Assembly: GCA_018304465.1 (NCBI GenBank)
Contig: JAGVWC010000010.1
Coordinates: 192,001-256,000 of the forward strand
DNA from: Candidatus Iainarchaeum sp.
GTDB lineage: Archaea > Iainarchaeota > Iainarchaeia > Iainarchaeales > JAGVWC01
DNA length: 64,000 nt
Direction: 5' to 3'
Below, in pieces: positions 58,306 through 64,000 of the stretch (positions are counted from its first letter, which is position 1; each line of letters starts with the position of its first letter). The translations under genes were made by a program, and so were the position numbers. Below the pieces are notes generated by a model that was not told where the DNA came from, made no database searches, and saw only the letters and a program-made list of their open reading frames with translations.

Positions 58306-59454
58306 TTACTCAGCCCCTTCAAATAATAGCGCAAGATGACCTTTGGATACATCGACTTTAGGCTTTTTTAAGATAATCTCTTTCCCATACACTCTAGAAC
58401 ATAGACCAGATAAAAATCCGCCGATCATTAAGAAGTCAATTTCTTTATAAAATTTAGTCCAAGGAAAATAATTAATGATAACTTTTAATTTTTCTCCGCT
58501 TGAAAGAACTAAAACTTCGCCCCAGCCCAAAGCCGAAAGTAACTCCATTACTTCAAGCAATCTTCTTTTATCAATTTCAGGAAATAACTCTTGACCTATC
58601 CGAAACGCACAATCAAAAAGGATTTTTTTCATTTTTTCATTTTTCATTCCTTTTTCTAGCAGGTACATCCCGCTGACTTCCATTAAGAAAAAACGCTCCT
58701 TTTGTTTGTATACAATGATGCCTTCAGAATATGAAAACAATTTGGCGTTAAGATATGATTCAAAGGATTTTTTATATTGAATGTCCACTTCAGTATTAAA
58801 ACTTCGATAAGTTGAAGCGTCCTCTAATAGATCATCTACTTGAGTTTCACTATATACTTGTTCTTTGAATTGCTTTGAAAGAACATCGACAGGAGCACAG
58901 GTCACCTTACAAAACTGATCAGACCCTTTGAACAAACTATCATACATATGACCTTCAATTTTTATGTCTTGCAGTATCCACGCGATAATTCCTGCTGCAC
59001 CGGCAGTAGCAAGAAAAAAATCATACCCTAACTTTCTACACACAACAAAATTTTTCAGTTCATATTTCACAGTCTTATTTTTTACATCAGTCTCTTGCGA
59101 GATATTGCTCGCATAGGTGCCTTCGACAAATTTACTCGCAATCATCACCCAATCTTTTACTGCCTCGCCAGGGTGATCTTTAATATTTTCAAACCGCCCA
59201 TTCAATGCAAAGCTATACCCAAACCGTTTGCCGATGGAATATAATGTTTGCTCACCTTCAGCCCCAAACTCAGTAACTAATTGCTTTTCAAGAGCAACAA
59301 AAAAACTTTCAGGGAGCAGAAGTTGTCGCAAGTTTACAGTGGTTTTTCCAGAGATTTTAAAATCTACAAAGCCAGGCCTATCAAAAATCAATGCCCGGGG
59401 GATTACAAAGCGTTTAACGTACAATCTAACAACGCTATCTTTTACATCCACCAT
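58306..59454 (-). CDS. Tandem V4R-like domain protein
   Basis: RQLLLP..FF...LYSIGKRFG; GAAG...G...C; second copy ERFFL..., LSALGWG, GGFLSG. Confidence 0.7.
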   Translation of the reverse strand: MVDVKDSVVRLYVKRFVIPRALIFDRPGFVDFKISGKTTVNLRQLLLPESFFVALEKQLVTEFGAEGEQTLYSIGKRFGYSFALNGRFENIKDHPGEAVKDWVMIASKFVEGTYASNISQETDVKNKTVKYELKNFVVCRKLGYDFFLATAGAAGIIAWILQDIKIEGHMYDSLFKGSDQFCKVTCAPVDVLSKQFKEQVYSETQVDDLLEDASTYRSFNTEVDIQYKKSFESYLNAKLFSYSEGIIVYKQKERFFLMEVSGMYLLEKGMKNEKMKKILFDCAFRIGQELFPEIDKRRLLEVMELLSALGWGEVLVLSSGEKLKVIINYFPWTKFYKEIDFLMIGGFLSGLCSRVYGKEIILKKPKVDVSKGHLALLFEGAE

Positions 59455-59456
59455 GT

Positions 59457-60203
59457 TTATCCGCCTGCTTCGATAACAATGCCTTTTGCAGTAATATTAT
59501 ATGTTCGTGGACCGCCACGAATATCAGTTTTTCGCATTTTTCGAACTTCCAAGTTTCTATTCAAACTATCCCCAATCGAAACATGTTTGAGTAAAACTAC
59601 ACCGTCACATAAAAATTCACTAATTGTGTCCCGGCTCAAAAAATTTGTGGATTCAGGTAACTCAGAAATGATTATTGATGTTGCTTTTTGATTTTTTAGT
59701 GCTTCAAGCATATCCACTATTGCTTTTCGAGTAGCAACTTCAGGCCCAAGCTGGAAAGAGAATTGGCTTTTTTGCATTCCCATTTTTTCTAAGATCTCAA
59801 TATATGCAATCGTTTCTGCATAAATCCCATATGTCGAAATAGAATCCAAGACAATTCTATCCGGTTTAAACTCTTGGATTAATGCCTTAATTTCTTGTAA
59901 TACCGCAGAGAAAATCATTTTGTTTGGAGTGTAAGTTACAACTTTCAATTTTTTTTCTTTTTCAAGTTTAAGCAAATCCCACCCCAATTCGTTTGATTGA
60001 TCAATAATATCTTCTCTAATCTGTTCAAAACTAATCAAAAGCCCACGTTCATTATACTGCTTCACTCCATTTACAAGGTATTGAGTAGCGAAGATGGTCT
60101 TTCCAGATCCTGTTAACCCTGACAGCAATACCAGATTCCCTTTTGGAAATCCCCCATTAATGAGTTCATCAAAACCAGATATCCCTGTTTTAACTCGTAA
60201 CAT
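59457..60203 (-). CDS. KaiC/RAD55-like single-domain ATPase
   Basis: RVKTGISGFDELINGG.P, GLTGSGKT, RIVLDS, EFLCDGVV.L, RKMR.T. Confidence 0.92.
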   Translation of the reverse strand: MLRVKTGISGFDELINGGFPKGNLVLLSGLTGSGKTIFATQYLVNGVKQYNERGLLISFEQIREDIIDQSNELGWDLLKLEKEKKLKVVTYTPNKMIFSAVLQEIKALIQEFKPDRIVLDSISTYGIYAETIAYIEILEKMGMQKSQFSFQLGPEVATRKAIVDMLEALKNQKATSIIISELPESTNFLSRDTISEFLCDGVVLLKHVSIGDSLNRNLEVRKMRKTDIRGGPRTYNITAKGIVIEAGG

Positions 60204-60295
60204 TCAACATCAGACTCGGCCGCGCTTTAAGATGTATTTAATGGCTTTAAACACCTATTTAAACAATGCTGTTAATCAAAAATCAGTTTATCACG

Positions 60296-61054
60296 TTAGA
60301 GCGCCAAATCATCTATCTTAATTGTAATTCCTTTTGGCGACATCTCGTACCGTAGCGAGCCTTTTTCGTGATCAGTGTACCGCATTTTTCGGATTCGAAC
60401 ACTGCGAAACACCGAAGAACCGACACCCAAATAACTTAACACAATCACGCCATCCGCAATAAACTCGGACACGCCATCCGCACTGAGTCGCGCGGCTTCT
60501 TCAAACAATTCCGACGTCAACATCGTGGTAACTCCGTAGGCTCGAAGCGACGACAACAACCGATACAAAATCTGTTTCGCGATCAATTGTTCGGTTCGCG
60601 GAATCGGAGAAACCGTTTCGGCAATCTGAACCATTGAAAACGCATCGTGTTCCGCCAAACCCCCGACAATCATGGCATCCGTCAAGGTAGACATGGAATC
60701 CACCACAATGCGTTTGGGTTTGAATTCTTTTAGAATCAGATCAAGACGTTTGAGAAAATTATCCCCGCCGGTAATATCATAAAAAACAACCTTGATCAAG
60801 CCCCGCTTGATCAAACTTTCCAAATCCCAACCAAAACCGAGACCTTGCTTGATCAATTCGGATTCTGTTTGCTCCGTAGAAATGTATACTCCGCGCTCAT
60901 TGTTTTGCGCGCCGTGGACCAAAAATTGCATGCAAAAAGTCGATTTTCCGGTTCCGGCGCCGCCTGAAATCAAAACCATGTTGCCTTCGGGAAGACCCCC
61001 TTGCAACGCTTTATCCAATCCTTCGATTCCAGTTTTGGTTCGTGAAACAGCCAC
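60296..61054 (-). CDS. KaiC/RAD55-like single-domain ATPase
   Basis: KTGIEGLD...GGLP, GGAGTGKS, RIVVDS, EFIADGVI.L, RKMR.T.H. GTG start with AGGTG SD. Confidence 0.92.
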   Translation of the reverse strand: MAVSRTKTGIEGLDKALQGGLPEGNMVLISGGAGTGKSTFCMQFLVHGAQNNERGVYISTEQTESELIKQGLGFGWDLESLIKRGLIKVVFYDITGGDNFLKRLDLILKEFKPKRIVVDSMSTLTDAMIVGGLAEHDAFSMVQIAETVSPIPRTEQLIAKQILYRLLSSLRAYGVTTMLTSELFEEAARLSADGVSEFIADGVIVLSYLGVGSSVFRSVRIRKMRYTDHEKGSLRYEMSPKGITIKIDDLAL

Positions 61055-61157
61055 GAAAACACACCTAATAGCCCATTGGCTGACAAGATAACACCTTCGA
61101 GGTTTAAAAACCTTATTGGTAGGCGGATTTGAAGAAAAAGAAAGAATTACTAGCATG

Positions 61158-62003
61158 TCAGGAATGGGCGTAAAGAGAATTTATCTGGTCAAACGCCATC
61201 TTTGCCATTTGCGGATTTCGATAAACCCGGACTTTAATGGAGACACTAAGTGGCTTTTTAGCTAAAAATCGGGCGTAATGCAAAAAAACATCCAACAAGT
61301 TATTCGTCTTATCATATAGTGATTCTAGCCAGCGTCTGGAGTCCGAAGAAAAATCCACTTCCCAGTAATATGAACCAATTACTCCGAAATCTTTTTCAAA
61401 ATTTCCGGAAGGATTGATCCGCACGGAAAAACCTGCATCAGAATACATTTTTTGCGCCCAACGATTAAAGTTAGTGTCTCGCGTAATCACCACGCAAATC
61501 TGTCCAGGAGTTGCATCAGACATTTTTTTTAACAAAGAAAAATCAGAAAAACGAAACGACAAAGGAAACCACGCATTTCGAATCAACGCCATTGTCTTGT
61601 CGCCTTTTCGAACTGATTTTCCAAGTGTGACGAAAATTTTTGCCATTCCAACGCAAAACTCACTTATATCAGAGAATTCAAGAATCGTATCAGAGCCAAA
61701 AGAGATGGGAACACGCCTTGATTTAGAGCGTCGGAACTCCGAGTCTAACTCGCGTGAAAAATTTTTCAAGCTCAAAACCCACTGGGGATTCAACTCGAAT
61801 TTTTTTTGTTTTGAAACCAGAACATCTTCCGCTTCAAGAGAAACCAACATTTTGTGCACGGCTTGGTACGACACGCGATCTACTAGCGTCCAATCCATTT
61901 TTTCAAAAACGCCTTTTGCAGAAAGCGGGCCCTGCTGGCCAAGAATCAAAATAATTTGATCACGTGTGGAAGACTTTCCTAAAAGAATTGGCAATACCCC
62001 CAT
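61158..62003 (-). CDS. wHTH regulator, paralog 2
   Basis: STRDQII..L...PLSAK...VSYQAVHKML..L...LNPQW. Confidence 0.75.
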   Translation of the reverse strand: MGVLPILLGKSSTRDQIILILGQQGPLSAKGVFEKMDWTLVDRVSYQAVHKMLVSLEAEDVLVSKQKKFELNPQWVLSLKNFSRELDSEFRRSKSRRVPISFGSDTILEFSDISEFCVGMAKIFVTLGKSVRKGDKTMALIRNAWFPLSFRFSDFSLLKKMSDATPGQICVVITRDTNFNRWAQKMYSDAGFSVRINPSGNFEKDFGVIGSYYWEVDFSSDSRRWLESLYDKTNNLLDVFLHYARFLAKKPLSVSIKVRVYRNPQMAKMAFDQINSLYAHS

Positions 62004-62056
62004 AGATAACCCACTACATAACAAGTATTTTAGAACTAACGGATAAAAGAGTACCT

Positions 62057-62908
62057 ATGCAAGAATTCTGGTCCATTCCGGCGGCTCACGGCAACACCAC
62101 TGTCAAAGACTGGACCATCCGGATTCTCACCCAAGAATGGCCGCTGTCGTTAAAACAAATTACGGAGCGCGTCCAACAGCAATCCGGAAAAACCGTTTCT
62201 CAACAAGCCGTGTTCAAAACGCTTCAAGATTTGGTTCGACAAAAAGTCGTTGAAAAACACGACAAGAGTTACGCATTAAACAAAGAATGGATCACGCACC
62301 TCGCGAAATCCGTTCAAGATCTCCAGACCACGTATGAAAACCACGCTGGCCAATTGCCCGCACTCGGAAAACTTGACACCAAAACCGTAATCGAATTTCA
62401 TGATCCAAGCGCCGTCGCGGTCACCGTCGCCCAGATTCTGGCCTCGCGCGTACTCACCCAAGGAAAACCGGAACCGTTTTATGGAATCAAACGACACGGC
62501 TTGTGGCCGCTTCGATTCAGCTTTTCCGACTTCGAACTCTTAAAAGAAATGACCAAATCCATTCCGTGTTATTGCGCCGTAATCGGAAATGACCCCTTTG
62601 ACCGATGGGTGGTTGAACAATACCTTAAAGGCGGATTCAAAAAATCCAAAACCGGCGCCAAAGCCGAATTCAAAGAATGGGACATCATGGCCCACGGAGA
62701 ATACGTACTGACCATTCAATACGCCAAAGAAACCGAACAAGCCATCGAATACCTGTTCAAACAAATCAACAACCTAAGCGAACTATTCGAAAAATTCAGC
62801 CAAGAAGAACTGTCCAAATTCAAATTCCAAGCAACGTTAACAATCGAACGAAACCCGGACCTCGCACGGCTCATCAAAGAAAAATGCATGAAAATATTGG
62901 AAGAGTAA
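62057..62908 (+). CDS. wHTH regulator, paralog 3
   Basis: TVKDW.I.IL..EWPLSLKQI...VSQQAVFKTL...LNKEW; shares W.PL.F.FSDF.LLK.M with paralog 2. Confidence 0.75.
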   Translation: MQEFWSIPAAHGNTTVKDWTIRILTQEWPLSLKQITERVQQQSGKTVSQQAVFKTLQDLVRQKVVEKHDKSYALNKEWITHLAKSVQDLQTTYENHAGQLPALGKLDTKTVIEFHDPSAVAVTVAQILASRVLTQGKPEPFYGIKRHGLWPLRFSFSDFELLKEMTKSIPCYCAVIGNDPFDRWVVEQYLKGGFKKSKTGAKAEFKEWDIMAHGEYVLTIQYAKETEQAIEYLFKQINNLSELFEKFSQEELSKFKFQATLTIERNPDLARLIKEKCMKILEE

Positions 62909-62975
62909 AAACGAATACTGAAAGAAGAAGTACATACAAGTTCACAAAACAAAGAGATTAGCTAGTAGTTACCCG

Positions 62976-64000
62976 CTATTGGTTTTGGTATAGGTCTTTG
63001 CAGGATTGGACTGCTTCTTGGGTACTGAGTTCGTCACAGAGCGCAGTGTTTTGAGCGTTGATAATGATTGCGATGATGCATAAATCAGGATTTTCGAGTT
63101 GTTTGCATATGGCGGGGTCCATCCGGGTAATCGCAATTTTTTTCATGCAACGTTCTTTTTCGGTTGTGGCTTTGCATGCTTCCAGGTCGTCTTTGGCGAC
63201 TGCAACGTCCGAGAAACAAGTCTCTTCTTGATTGAGGCCTTTGCATAAGTTGGCGTCTTTTTTTGCGACGGCTACGCGCGAGATGCAAATATCACGAAAC
63301 ATTGCGAGTTCGGGATTTTTCGGGAGGGTTTCGCATATTTTTTCATCTTTTGCTTGTTCTGCTTGTGCAGTCGTGGTTTGTATGGTGGACCACAGGCTGT
63401 CCAACGTTGTTTGGTATCCTTTTTGGGCGGTATCCAAGCACACTTGTTTTTGAGTCGGGGTCGTAAAATTTTCGCATATCGTGGCGTCTTTTGTTTTTTC
63501 GACTACCGCAAACATGCAATTGATGCGAAAGCCGTCTAGCCGAGCCTTGCATAGGTCGTCTTGGCAGGCGGTCGGATGTTTTTCCAAAGTGACTTCTTTG
63601 CATCCTTCGAGTGTTCCAGTCTGACCGCTGACGATCGCAATGCATTGAAGTTTATAGACTTCTGATATGATTTTGTTGCAGATTTCGATATTTTGCGTTC
63701 TGTTCGCATCTTCCAATAACGCATCGGTAACCCCGCTGCTACAATACGAACCAGACCCAAGTTTTTCGCAGACGCTATAATCCCGAAGGGTAACTGCCAC
63801 TCCTTGAATGCAAGTTTGTATACCGCTTTGAGAGGTTAAGGCATTACACATCTTCAAATCGCCTCGTTTCCCTCCGATCTCAGCCAAACACTGGTCTTTT
63901 CGAATCGAAACAAAAAAAGAATCCGTGAGCAAATCGCAGATTTGCATGTTGTCTGCTTCTACGGCAACGTTTGTAATGCAAATGGACCGATTAAGCTCTT
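62976..64000 (-). CDS. Cys-rich repeat surface protein (5' partial)
   Basis: Repeated C...VA....D...C units; frame stays open to the window edge. Confidence 0.8.
   Translation of the reverse strand, partial: ELNRSICITNVAVEADNMQICDLLTDSFFVSIRKDQCLAEIGGKRGDLKMCNALTSQSGIQTCIQGVAVTLRDYSVCEKLGSGSYCSSGVTDALLEDANRTQNIEICNKIISEVYKLQCIAIVSGQTGTLEGCKEVTLEKHPTACQDDLCKARLDGFRINCMFAVVEKTKDATICENFTTPTQKQVCLDTAQKGYQTTLDSLWSTIQTTTAQAEQAKDEKICETLPKNPELAMFRDICISRVAVAKKDANLCKGLNQEETCFSDVAVAKDDLEACKATTEKERCMKKIAITRMDPAICKQLENPDLCIIAIIINAQNTALCDELSTQEAVQSCKDLYQNQ

Noticed and set aside
59457-61054. Circadian clock (kaiABC)
   Set aside because: Both ATPases are single-domain and no KaiA or KaiB is visible; they fit the general archaeal KaiC/RAD55-like class.

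Overview
Chromosomal DNA of a small-genome archaeon, most likely DPANN (Iainarchaeota/Diapherotrites-like; the lineage is inferred). Support comes from archaeal-type GlyRS and TyrRS, Nop5 plus fibrillarin, NMD3, deoxyhypusine synthase, BHB-intron tRNAs, TATA-box leaderless genes and Cys-repeat surface lipoproteins. Housekeeping genes (tmk, gpmI, mscL, msrA/B, glyS-nop5-flpA, pcm, beta-CASP nuclease, tyrS, dys) are interspersed with five tRNAs (three intron-containing, one with two introns), three toxin-antitoxin pairs near tRNA 3' ends, and several gene relics missed by the ORF track. Best candidates for undescribed systems: (1) a low-GC operon of KaiC-like ATPase, tandem V4R protein, active-site-degenerate GGGP-synthase homologue and HAD phosphatase, flanked by a second KaiC-like ATPase and three paralogous wHTH regulators; (2) a secreted Tim44x2 membrane protein with two tandem Hint (BIL-type) domains in Gly-rich linkers, coupled to DUF350; (3) a polymorphic-toxin-like array with a start-less PD-(D/E)XK cassette and immunity-like genes; (4) about ten scattered orphan enzyme-like proteins with Arg/Lys-rich termini, possibly host-directed effectors; (5) a degenerate PurE paired with a MazG-SET fusion. 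No rRNA, CRISPR array or transposase was seen. All family assignments are from motif recognition by eye, not database searches.
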